Shown here piece after piece: positions 7,494-15,544 of a stretch of DNA of 17,043 bases. A program made the position numbers and the translations under genes. Below the pieces are notes generated by a model. The model saw only the letters and a program-made list of their open reading frames with translations. It was not told the origin of the DNA and did not search any database. Position 1 is the first letter of the stretch, and every line of letters starts with the position of its first letter. This DNA is from Candidatus Heimdallarchaeota archaeon (lineage in GTDB: Archaea > Asgardarchaeota > Heimdallarchaeia > JABLTI01), in the NCBI GenBank assembly GCA_019056785.1, contig DXJV01000096.1, positions 1 through 17,043 on the forward strand. Direction: 5' to 3'.

Positions 7494-9503
7494 TCAAATT
7501 GACACTATAAAACGCACCAGGAAATAGGCTATTGCAGAAAAGGTATATGCTACAGTCATTGTAAATGCCAACGAGAAGAACATCCATTTAGTGCTTCCGG
7601 TTTCTTTCTTTATCACAGCTAATGTTGCCACACAAGGTACATATAAAAGGATAAAGACTAATAAGCCAAAGCCAGCTGCTGGTCCAAGATTGACAAGAGG
7701 ATTACTTGTCAAAGGAGCTGATGGATCGAAATTCAAAAGGGTACTTAATGTTCCAATTATCACCTCTTTTGCAACAAACCCTGAAAGCAATGCTGCACCA
7801 TATTCCCAACTTAGGGGTGTGCCGTCGCTCGTCTTCATCCACCAAAATAGATATGCTACGCCTCGACCAAGATACTCAAGTATCCCAGAAGCATCAAGAA
7901 GGTAGATTGTAATGACAGCAATTAAGATGATGGAGCTTGCTTTCTTAAAGAATTCTTTTGTTTGATTCCACATTTTAATTGCGACGCCTTTTATCGATGG
8001 TCTCGTATAGGGTTGCAATTCAATAATAAGATAAGTATCTCCACCTCGAAACAGAGTCTTCCTAAACAGCCAAGCAAAACTTATGCCAATAATCACTCCT
8101 AAGATATAGAGGCTTAAAGTCACGAGTCCCGCGTAAGCTGGAAAAATACTACCGGCCAGTAAAATAAAGACTGGCAATCTTGCTGAACATGACATAAAGC
8201 TATTGACTAAAATGGCTGTTTTCCGGCTCTGGGGGTTTTTAATTGCACGTGTTGCCATTATCCCTGGCACATTGCAACCAAACCCTAATAACATCGGGAT
8301 TATCGCCTGCCCTTCCAATCCTACTTTGCTCATATACCGATCCATAATGAATGCTACTCTTGAGAGATAGCCTGTGTCTTCTAAGATTGCCAATGCAATA
8401 AACAAGATAATTAAATATGGCACAAAAGAAATGACTGTTCCAAAGCCATTTAACAATGCTCCGACTATGAAATCTGTGATGGGATTTACACCTGTGCCGG
8501 CGCCATCAAGTAAATTCGCAAGATAATAAATTAGATCCCCTAGCTTTGCTATTCCCAGACCAATTAAGTCAACAAGTGGTTTCCCAACAGTAAAGGTTAA
8601 TTGAAAAACACCCCACATAATTGCTAAGAAGATTGGGATGCCGAGAAATCGATTTGTTAATACCTCATCGAGCATATCACTTAGAGCCCACTGCCTCCCA
8701 CGGAAGTCTGTGACGACATCTTTAATAAAGTCCTTGATAAGGTCATATCGAGCATCGACAATTGCAATGACTGCATCGCCTTTGAAATTTTCTCGATTTA
8801 CCGTCTCTATTTTTTCTTTTAATTCATTTTCAGGGATACCACTATCAATTGCTATTTCCCAAGCATACTTGTCATTTTCCAATAAGGAAATAGCAAGCCA
8901 GTTTAATGGGTAGCGTTTTTCAATCCGGGAAGAATAAGGCGCGATTTCGTTTAAAATAACCTGTAAAGCTGCTTCGATATTCCCTTTCCAGATGATTGGC
9001 TTTGGTTTCACAGGGTGATCCAAATTCTCGCAGATGGCATTTTTTAGCTTGGTAATTCCAACCTCTTTTATAGCAATGGTTTCAATGACTGGAATTCCCA
9101 GATTTTCTGAGAGCTTCTTACTATCTATAATGATTCCCTTCCCACGAGCCAAGTCAACCATATTTAATACTGCGAGGAGATTAACGCCTAACTCCATTAA
9201 TTGAACAGTAAGATAGAGGTTGCGTTCCAAGTTCGAGGCATCGAGAACCACAACTACAAGGTCGGGATTTTCTTCGATGATATACTTTCGTGAAACTTCT
9301 TCATCGATTGAGTGTGGACTTAATGAATAAATTCCCGGAAGATCAGTGACTTCAATCTCTCGTCCTTTGAAATGCATCTTTCCCTCTTTTTTTTCTACAG
9401 TGCAGCCGGGAAAATTAGCGATGCGCTGGTTTAGCCCTGTAAGGGCATTAAAGATGACACTTTTTCCTACGTTTGGATTTCCTGCCAGCGCAATTTTTGC
9501 CAT
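7494..9503 (-). CDS. feoB: Ferrous iron transport protein B
   Basis: G1 GNPNVGKS, G2 [13 protein letters not shown]3 DLPG, G4 NMVD. Membrane motifs [41 protein letters not shown] at 9503 preferred over GTG at 9515. Confidence 0.97.
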   Translation of the reverse strand: MAKIALAGNPNVGKSVIFNALTGLNQRIANFPGCTVEKKEGKMHFKGREIEVTDLPGIYSLSPHSIDEEVSRKYIIEENPDLVVVVLDASNLERNLYLTVQLMELGVNLLAVLNMVDLARGKGIIIDSKKLSENLGIPVIETIAIKEVGITKLKNAICENLDHPVKPKPIIWKGNIEAALQVILNEIAPYSSRIEKRYPLNWLAISLLENDKYAWEIAIDSGIPENELKEKIETVNRENFKGDAVIAIVDARYDLIKDFIKDVVTDFRGRQWALSDMLDEVLTNRFLGIPIFLAIMWGVFQLTFTVGKPLVDLIGLGIAKLGDLIYYLANLLDGAGTGVNPITDFIVGALLNGFGTVISFVPYLIILFIALAILEDTGYLSRVAFIMDRYMSKVGLEGQAIIPMLLGFGCNVPGIMATRAIKNPQSRKTAILVNSFMSCSARLPVFILLAGSIFPAYAGLVTLSLYILGVIIGISFAWLFRKTLFRGGDTYLIIELQPYTRPSIKGVAIKMWNQTKEFFKKASSIILIAVITIYLLDASGILEYLGRGVAYLFWWMKTSDGTPLSWEYGAALLSGFVAKEVIIGTLSTLLNFDPSAPLTSNPLVNLGPAAGFGLLVFILLYVPCVATLAVIKKETGSTKWMFFSLAFTMTVAYTFSAIAYFLVRFIVSI

Positions 9504-9535
9504 TTTTTTCTTCACTCTTTTTTGATGACCGGCAC

Positions 9536-9557
9536 AAAGTTAGGCATGCCGAACTTT
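9536..9557. promoter_or_regulatory. DtxR/IdeR-family metal-repressor operator candidate
   Basis: 22-bp palindrome AAAGTTAGGCATGCCGAACTTT with one mismatched pair and core TTAGG-N4-CC(G)AA, 32 nt upstream of the feoB ATG. Confidence 0.75.
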
Positions 9558-9568
9558 TAAATTTTTGC
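9555..9568 (-). promoter_or_regulatory. BRE/TATA candidate for feoB operon
   Basis: Minus strand GCAAAAATTTAAAA abuts and overlaps the upstream edge of the palindrome. Confidence 0.5.
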
Positions 9569-9666
9569 AAATAATTGTATGAGGATAACAATTTAAACTT
9601 GTAGTCAATTAATATAATAGTTTCTGAGAAAATAATAAACAAAGAGATTTGCAGGTTAAGATAATA

Positions 9667-10464
9667 ATGAAAGAAGTAAAATTGCTCTCGTGGAATGTTA
9701 ATGGCTTATGGGCTTTAGTAAAGAAGGCAGTAAAAAGTGAGCTGGATTTCTATTCCTGGGTCGAGAAAGAATCGCCAGATATTCTTTGCCTTCAAGAGAC
9801 GAAAGCTACCAAAGAACAAATGCCTAAGAAGTTGCTTGAATTAGCTGGTTATGAGAGTTATTGGAGTGCAGCAGAAAGGAAAGGTTACAGTGGAGTAGTA
9901 ACTTTCACAAAAGACACACCGATACAGGTGAGTTATTCGCTGGGGAAAAAGGAGTTTGATAATGAAGGAAGACACATTATTACGGAATTTCCTAATTTTA
10001 TTTTACTTAATGTTTATTTTCCAAATGGAAAAAAGAATCAAGAGCGACTCCGGTTTAAAATGGAGTACTATGATGCTTTTTTGACCGTTATTGAAAATTA
10101 TCGAAAGAAAGGCAAATCAATCATTTTTTGTGGGGATGTGAATACCGCTCATAGAGAAATTGATCTTTCCCATCCAAAAGCCAATGAAAAAATCTCTGGA
10201 TTTCTTCCTATAGAGCGAGCATGGATTGATAAATTACTCGAGTTAGGGTATATAGATACTTTCCGCTATTTTCATCCAAACAAAACAGAGCAATATACCT
10301 GGTGGTCCATGCGGAATATCGGTGCACGTGAGCGTAATGTTGGCTGGCGCCTTGATTACTTTTTTGTTAGTAATGATCTGGAAAAGTATCTTAGCAATGC
10401 TTTTATCATGCCGGAGGTTTACGGCTCTGATCACTGCCCGGTGGGGTTGCAGCTGAAGTTTTAG
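9667..10464 (+). CDS. xth: Exodeoxyribonuclease III / AP endonuclease
   Basis: Motifs SWNVNG, LCLQETK, GYSGV, EGR, NVYFPNG, CGDVNTAH, DTFR, YTWW, GWRLDYF, SDHCP. ATG at 9667 preferred over TTG at 9649. Confidence 0.96.
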   Translation: MKEVKLLSWNVNGLWALVKKAVKSELDFYSWVEKESPDILCLQETKATKEQMPKKLLELAGYESYWSAAERKGYSGVVTFTKDTPIQVSYSLGKKEFDNEGRHIITEFPNFILLNVYFPNGKKNQERLRFKMEYYDAFLTVIENYRKKGKSIIFCGDVNTAHREIDLSHPKANEKISGFLPIERAWIDKLLELGYIDTFRYFHPNKTEQYTWWSMRNIGARERNVGWRLDYFFVSNDLEKYLSNAFIMPEVYGSDHCPVGLQLKF

Positions 10465-10506
10465 AGTTGATGAATTATAGAGTGAATTGCAGTAGGATGA
10501 ATTTTA

Positions 10507-11304
10507 ATGAAAGATTTAACAGTTGCCCTCTATCAAATGGATGTTCAAACAGGAAAGAAAGCAACAAATCTTGAGAAAGTTGTAAAAGTCATTCAAAAAC
10601 ACCAAACAGGACAAATCGAGTTATTGGTCCTTCCTGAGCTTTTTACTACAGGGTTTGCTTACGATCATTTTCCAAATTTAGCTGAAGTGGAAGATGAAAG
10701 CCCAACACTGCAACAGCTGGAATTATTGGCGAGGAAGAATGAGCTGGGCTTAGCAGGCACGATCTTAACTACAGACACAAAGCATGAACAATACTTCAAT
10801 CTTGGATTTATTATTGCTCCTGAAGAGGGTGTCATTTATAAGTATCATAAAATACACTTATGGGGACGTGAAAAAGACTTTTTCACTCCAAGGATAACCA
10901 TTCCAAAACCGATTTCTTTTGCCGGAAAGGCTAACATCGCTCTTGCTACCTGCTATGATTTGCGTTTTCCTGAAGTTTATCGCAAGTTTGCGTTTAGCGG
11001 TGCTGAGGTGTTAATCACACCTGCGGCATGGCCAAAGCAACGAGTCCAGCATTTCCATCTTCTCTCTCGTGCTCGAGCATTGGAAAATACTTGCTATCAC
11101 ATAGCGGTCAACCGTTTTGGTGAAGAACAAACTGATTTCATAGTCTCCTACAATGGAGGTTCCGGCATTTTTTCACCACTTGGTGAAGAATTAGTTAAGA
11201 CGCCTCCAGAAGAAAGCTTCAAAGTTTACAAACTGTCCGCACATCAACTATCTATTGCGAGGAAAACTATCCCTGTTCTAGCTGATGCTAAAATGCGGTT
11301 CTAA
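10507..11304 (+). CDS. Carbon-nitrogen hydrolase (nitrilase superfamily, Nit/YafV/MtnU-like amidase)
   Basis: Catalytic E-K-C triad in LPELFTTG, YHKIHL, TCYDLRFPE. Also PAAWP and ARALEN motifs. Confidence 0.9.
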   Translation: MKDLTVALYQMDVQTGKKATNLEKVVKVIQKHQTGQIELLVLPELFTTGFAYDHFPNLAEVEDESPTLQQLELLARKNELGLAGTILTTDTKHEQYFNLGFIIAPEEGVIYKYHKIHLWGREKDFFTPRITIPKPISFAGKANIALATCYDLRFPEVYRKFAFSGAEVLITPAAWPKQRVQHFHLLSRARALENTCYHIAVNRFGEEQTDFIVSYNGGSGIFSPLGEELVKTPPEESFKVYKLSAHQLSIARKTIPVLADAKMRF

Positions 11305-11324
11305 AGTACTGTTAGTAAAGGACG

Positions 11325-12224
11325 TCAAATTACCCCCAGAACCTCTTTTATCAATTTTGCTGCAGCGAAAGAGGAAATGCTGGAAAAATCGTATTTTGGA
11401 CATAATTCAACAACATCAAAAGCGACAAAATTAATGCCTTGAAGTGCTTGTAAGAAGAGTAGCACGTCTCTAGTTGTCAGCCCAGCGGGTTCAGGATTAC
11501 CAACGCCAGGAGCAAAAGCCGGATCTAAAACATCCATGTCAATTGAGAGATAGACTCCGTCCAGTTTTTTTGGCAAAGCTGCTTTTATTCTCTCTGCGAT
11601 TGCTTGTGCACCACTACTAAAAACATCTTGTGTTGTAATAGTGGTGATTCCGAGGTTGTTAGCATATTCTTGCTGTTCAGGTGTACTTGCACGAATCCCG
11701 ACTTGAAAAATTGCTTTAGGCTCAATATTCGTTTCATCTATGATGCGTTTAACTACACAAGCATGAGAATATTTGTCATTGTTATAATTATCATATAAAT
11801 CAGGATGCGCATCAAGATAAATCAATCCCATGCGCAAATCTTGGATTTTTTTAAGAGAAACAAAGGTAAAATACGTTGAAAGATGGTCTCCTCCGAGGAA
11901 AAGAAAACGCATGCCATATTTATTGTGTTTAACAATTTTGTTGAAAACGAGTTTTTTACTCTCCAGAGGATCAAGCTCTGTAATAGGAGCATCGCCAATG
12001 TCAAATATCTGCCAAGTCTGTTGAATATTCCTACCGGTCTCAGTGAAAGGATTATAAAGCGTATTTGAAGTGGCATAGCGGATGTATTGCGGAGCGTCGC
12101 GGGCACCATCCCGGAAAGAGGAGGCACTATCACGAGGAATGCCTAAAACGGAAAGGTTGGCAAAATTGATGTTATTTGTTGTTGCACCAAAAAAAGAGTT
12201 ATAGTCAGAACCTGCTTCTGTCAT
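11325..12224 (-). CDS. speB: Agmatinase / ureohydrolase (arginase family)
   Basis: GGDH, DAHPDL, SHAC, GIR, SIDMDVLDPAFAPG, DVVE motifs intact. Start at 12224 is supported by a TATA-like TTTTAAA about 25 nt upstream. Exact substrate not provable from sequence. Confidence 0.85.
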   Translation of the reverse strand: MTEAGSDYNSFFGATTNNINFANLSVLGIPRDSASSFRDGARDAPQYIRYATSNTLYNPFTETGRNIQQTWQIFDIGDAPITELDPLESKKLVFNKIVKHNKYGMRFLFLGGDHLSTYFTFVSLKKIQDLRMGLIYLDAHPDLYDNYNNDKYSHACVVKRIIDETNIEPKAIFQVGIRASTPEQQEYANNLGITTITTQDVFSSGAQAIAERIKAALPKKLDGVYLSIDMDVLDPAFAPGVGNPEPAGLTTRDVLLFLQALQGINFVAFDVVELCPKYDFSSISSFAAAKLIKEVLGVI

Positions 12225-12430
12225 AATTTCTATGTGGGCTTTTTTCTCTTTAAAATTTGTGAGGAAAAAAGCATCAAAAAGTCCTTTTTTTCGGGATTTG
12301 ATGAGCAAATTGAGCTTAGAAACTATAGAAAAATGGTCTTTTTGTATTAATGCATTAAAACGTATGTTTAAATAGTATTGAAGAGAATATATTACTTGAA
12401 ACAGAAGGGGTTTCAGGGTCTTTATTCTGA

Positions 12431-13147
12431 ATGGCTTGTTTAATGTACGCTAGGAGTAAAAGAATGACAATAGGAAGACTCGAAAAATGGACACACGATC
12501 ATGAGTCGGAAATCAAGTACTTCAAACGGCTCCTCCGAAGATCACCTAAGAACTATTCTTTGTTGAACTTCCTAGCGAACGCTCTGTACAAAAAAGCAGA
12601 ATATGAAGAAGCAATTTATTGTTGGAAACGATTACTCCGAAAACAAGCGGTAAAAGATATCCACAGAATTTTATCAAAAATTGCCCTTGCCTATGAATCG
12701 CTAGGCGAGATTGAATTTGCCTTTTACTATTATGGCGAAGCTCTTAAGGAAGCTCCAAAAACGCCTTCCTCACTTATCGGTAAATATGGGCAAATGGCCT
12801 ATCTTCTCGAAAATTATGATGATGCTCTTGCTGCCTTTAAAGAAATGGTGGAAATTGATCCTGATAATGATGTTGCCTGGCATAATCTGGGCTTAACATA
12901 TTACAATAAAGGTTTCATAGCTGAAGCAATAGATTGTCTCAAGATTGCTGTCTCGCTAAATGAGAAAGCCTCAGATAGTTTGTATGTCTTAGCAACAATC
13001 TATGCTGAAGAATATCAAAGTGATAACGCTTTGGAAGCCTTAGAGCATGCTCTCACCCTCGATCCATCCTTACGAGAACAAGCATCAAAGGAAGAATCTT
13101 TTTCTACGCTTACAAATTTAGCACTCTTTCAATACTTAATTTTATAA
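12431..13147 (+). CDS. Tetratricopeptide repeat protein
   Basis: About 5 TPR-like units (e.g. AWHNLGLTYYNKG..EAIDCLKIAV) and a terminal 'ALTLDPSLREQASKEESFSTL' capping motif. Start could be 12464. Confidence 0.88.
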   Translation: MACLMYARSKRMTIGRLEKWTHDHESEIKYFKRLLRRSPKNYSLLNFLANALYKKAEYEEAIYCWKRLLRKQAVKDIHRILSKIALAYESLGEIEFAFYYYGEALKEAPKTPSSLIGKYGQMAYLLENYDDALAAFKEMVEIDPDNDVAWHNLGLTYYNKGFIAEAIDCLKIAVSLNEKASDSLYVLATIYAEEYQSDNALEALEHALTLDPSLREQASKEESFSTLTNLALFQYLIL

Positions 13148-13148
13148 T

Positions 13149-13162
13149 AAAAAAAGAAAAAA
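13149..13162 (-). terminator. Oligo-T terminator candidate
   Basis: Minus strand TTTTTTCTTTTTTT downstream of the stop at 13187. Confidence 0.4.
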
Positions 13163-13186
13163 GAGATTATTAATCTCTCAAAAACC

Positions 13187-13456
13187 TTAAGGCGTTAAAT
13201 TCCAAAATGCCCAATGTCCACCGTAAAGTACAAAGACGAGTATAACGTAGATAATAAAGCCAAGTGGTATAAGACAAATGGCAATCCAGCCAAGAATCCG
13301 GCCGATTTTTCCACTGCCTTCGCCGGCAGTTCCTTTGGAACTATATCCAAAGACAAGAGCAAGAATGGGTCCGATGCAAGGTAAAATATTCAAACATCCC
13401 AAAATGCCCATTATTAAGGATACTGTTCCAGCTGTAGTATCGCTTGGATCTGTCAT
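13187..13456 (-). CDS. Small DUF4190-like membrane protein
   Basis: Pattern 'SLIMGILG...IGPILALVFGY...GKIGRILGWIAI' is typical of DUF4190 two-segment membrane proteins. GGAG upstream of the ATG. Confidence 0.7.
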   Translation of the reverse strand: MTDPSDTTAGTVSLIMGILGCLNILPCIGPILALVFGYSSKGTAGEGSGKIGRILGWIAICLIPLGFIIYVILVFVLYGGHWAFWNLTP

Positions 13457-13550
13457 TATAATAACTCCATTTTTGTTTTTATAATACTGTAAAAATTAGT
13501 TATTTCTAAGTTAATAAATTTTTTCAAGTGAAGATAGGGGCACTTTTTAT

Positions 13551-14306
13551 TTAGAATAAAATTGAAAGGCATGTTAAAGCACCGGCGCATTTTTCAAACT
13601 CTGTAGTATCAATAGGCCAAACTTCGAATCCTGCTTCTCGAACGATTTCTTGCGTTTTTGGGAAGGCTTTTGCCATGAGGACAACACCATTTACCGCTAA
13701 AGCATTTGCTGCATATTTCTCAAACTTTGGGACAATGAGTTTCTGATAGTCTTTTAAAACCGGATGATTTGCGAATTGTTCTGTTACCAGCATAGTGTTG
13801 TTTCCCAAGTAACTAATATGGCTTTTTAAATGGAGGATCTCTTCATTTGTTAGAGTGATGACCGGTGTTCGCAGAGCTTCTTGTAATTGCCGTGCACCGT
13901 TGATTGTTGTTCTCTGTGTAATCCCGCAGATTAGCTTATTCTCGAGTTGAATGACATCCCCTCCCTCGATGGTTGCCGGCGGCTGAGCCTGTATAACGAG
14001 AAATTTTCCCTTTAAAATCTGCATTACGGCCTCTTCTTCTCCCCACCGGCTCGGAAGAGCTAACCGAGTGATAAAAGCTCTTCTCTTATAAACAACGGCA
14101 GTATCTTCTACAAAGCACCCATCAGGATAGCGGTCATCACGTGGCAATCTAATGAGCTCTATTCCCAGTTCTTCTAAGGCTTTACAATAGTCTTGATGTT
14201 GCTTCCGAGCAAGACCAATATTTAGATATTTTTTCAAAGGATGATCAGAGATACAACCATCAAGTGTTGGTCCAGGTTCTCGCGTAATAGCAAATTGATA
14301 TCTCAT
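13551..14306 (-). CDS. Dimethylarginine dimethylaminohydrolase (DDAH) / amidinotransferase-family protein
   Basis: ARKQH..Y, PDGCFVEDTAVV, SR.GE, EGGDV, HLKS, YAAN and C-terminal GALTCLS with the catalytic Cys. Confidence 0.88.
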   Translation of the reverse strand: MRYQFAITREPGPTLDGCISDHPLKKYLNIGLARKQHQDYCKALEELGIELIRLPRDDRYPDGCFVEDTAVVYKRRAFITRLALPSRWGEEEAVMQILKGKFLVIQAQPPATIEGGDVIQLENKLICGITQRTTINGARQLQEALRTPVITLTNEEILHLKSHISYLGNNTMLVTEQFANHPVLKDYQKLIVPKFEKYAANALAVNGVVLMAKAFPKTQEIVREAGFEVWPIDTTEFEKCAGALTCLSILF

Positions 14307-14330
14307 AAAGAGAATATCTTTGTTTTGTCT

Positions 14331-14338
14331 TTTAAAAA
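14331..14338 (-). promoter_or_regulatory. TATA-box candidate for a leaderless DDAH transcript
   Basis: Minus strand TTTTTAAA ends about 25 nt upstream of the ATG at 14306, with no RBS-like motif in between. Confidence 0.45.
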
Positions 14339-14369
14339 GTTATTTCAAAAAGGACTTCACAATTGTCTA

Positions 14370-15536
14370 TTATTTTTTCAATGAGACTAACCATTCGAGT
14401 AGATTAAACACTTTGATTTTTGATTCAACTTTATCTAAGTCATCAAAGTCAAAATCTTCTGCATCGTAATCTATTTCATCACGTGCAATGGTTGTCCCTC
14501 CTTTCTCAAGTGTAAATTCACATGTAGGGCAAAATGTGAGGAGAATTGTTGCTCTGGTTGCTAAAGCCTCGCGAATGCGTTTTTTCGAAATTTCAATTGC
14601 GAGTTCTGGGTAAGACATTAACAAACCTGAGCCTGCGCCACAACAATATGAGTCCAAACCAGAATTTTCCATCTCAACAAGTTCGACATTTTTCACACTA
14701 CGGATTATTTCTCGCGGCTCGTCGATAATGCCGCCAAACCGCCCTAAGTGGCAAGGATCATGCCAAGTAACTTTAAGAGGTTCCTTACTCTCAAATTTCA
14801 GTTCGCCTTTTTTCACCATTTCATATAGTTTTGTTATAAAATGAATTGGTTCTGCTTTTATTTCATCAGCATATTCTTCTTTTAGCATTCGAAAACAAGT
14901 GGGACAACCTGTGACAATTTCTTTGGCTTTTGTCTTTTTAAGAATCTTAACAACTTCACTTTTCTTTTCCTTAAATTGTTGAATATATCCCGCATCAAAG
15001 AGGAGGTTGTTACAACAAGGCTCCTCCTCTCCCAGATAATTTACATCCCCTAACAATTCGGCCATATGAATCAATGTTTGATGGTCATTTAATCCATAAG
15101 TACAACCACCAAAGAGTAATGTTTTGCTGTTAGGATTGCTTTTAATTTCTGGAATTGCACGTTTCTTAGCATTTTGTTTGAAGGGGTTTCCAAACTCATT
15201 AAGAGAGCCCACAGCATCATCAAGATATTTGTCTGTTAATCCTTGTTCAACCATGTCTTCTTTAAAATCTCGAAAAATAGTGGTGTTCTCCAGTGCACAA
15301 TTTTTCTCGCAATAGCCACAAAGTAAGCAGGAATTGGCCAGCTTAACAACTTCAGGCGTAATGGTGATCGCCCCCTCCATAATTCCTCGTGCAACGAGGG
15401 TTCTTCCTCGAGATGAATACGTCTCAAGAAGCATCACTTCGTAGACAGGACAGCGCTGGATACAGAACCCACAACGCGTTCTATTGCATGTGTAAATTTC
15501 TTCCCGGTGTTTTTTGGTGTTTTTTAACTCTGCCAT
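14370..15536 (-). CDS. GlcF/HdrD-like Fe-S oxidoreductase (2x ferredoxin-type motifs + 2 CCG domains)
   Basis: CNRTRCGFCIQRCP, SSRGR, CLLCGYCEKNC. CCG domains FGGC..CCNN..GCPTC and HDPCHLGR..CCGAG..CPTC. ATG at 15536 follows an AGGTGA RBS; the alternative GTG at 15548 overlaps the upstream stop. Confidence 0.9.
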   Translation of the reverse strand: MAELKNTKKHREEIYTCNRTRCGFCIQRCPVYEVMLLETYSSRGRTLVARGIMEGAITITPEVVKLANSCLLCGYCEKNCALENTTIFRDFKEDMVEQGLTDKYLDDAVGSLNEFGNPFKQNAKKRAIPEIKSNPNSKTLLFGGCTYGLNDHQTLIHMAELLGDVNYLGEEEPCCNNLLFDAGYIQQFKEKKSEVVKILKKTKAKEIVTGCPTCFRMLKEEYADEIKAEPIHFITKLYEMVKKGELKFESKEPLKVTWHDPCHLGRFGGIIDEPREIIRSVKNVELVEMENSGLDSYCCGAGSGLLMSYPELAIEISKKRIREALATRATILLTFCPTCEFTLEKGGTTIARDEIDYDAEDFDFDDLDKVESKIKVFNLLEWLVSLKK

Positions 15537-15544
15537 TTTTTTGC

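Noticed and set aside
9448-9642. 64-aa ORF upstream of feoB as a possible feoA
   Set aside because: No FeoA/SH3-like signature (e.g. RL..MG...G). It overlaps the feoB start and runs through the operator and promoter.
10507-11304. N-carbamoylputrescine amidase or citrullinase assignment for the C-N hydrolase, to complete a pathway with DDAH/agmatinase
   Set aside because: The active-site motif is CYDLRFPE (Nit/YafV type), not the CWDQWFPE typical of those enzymes.
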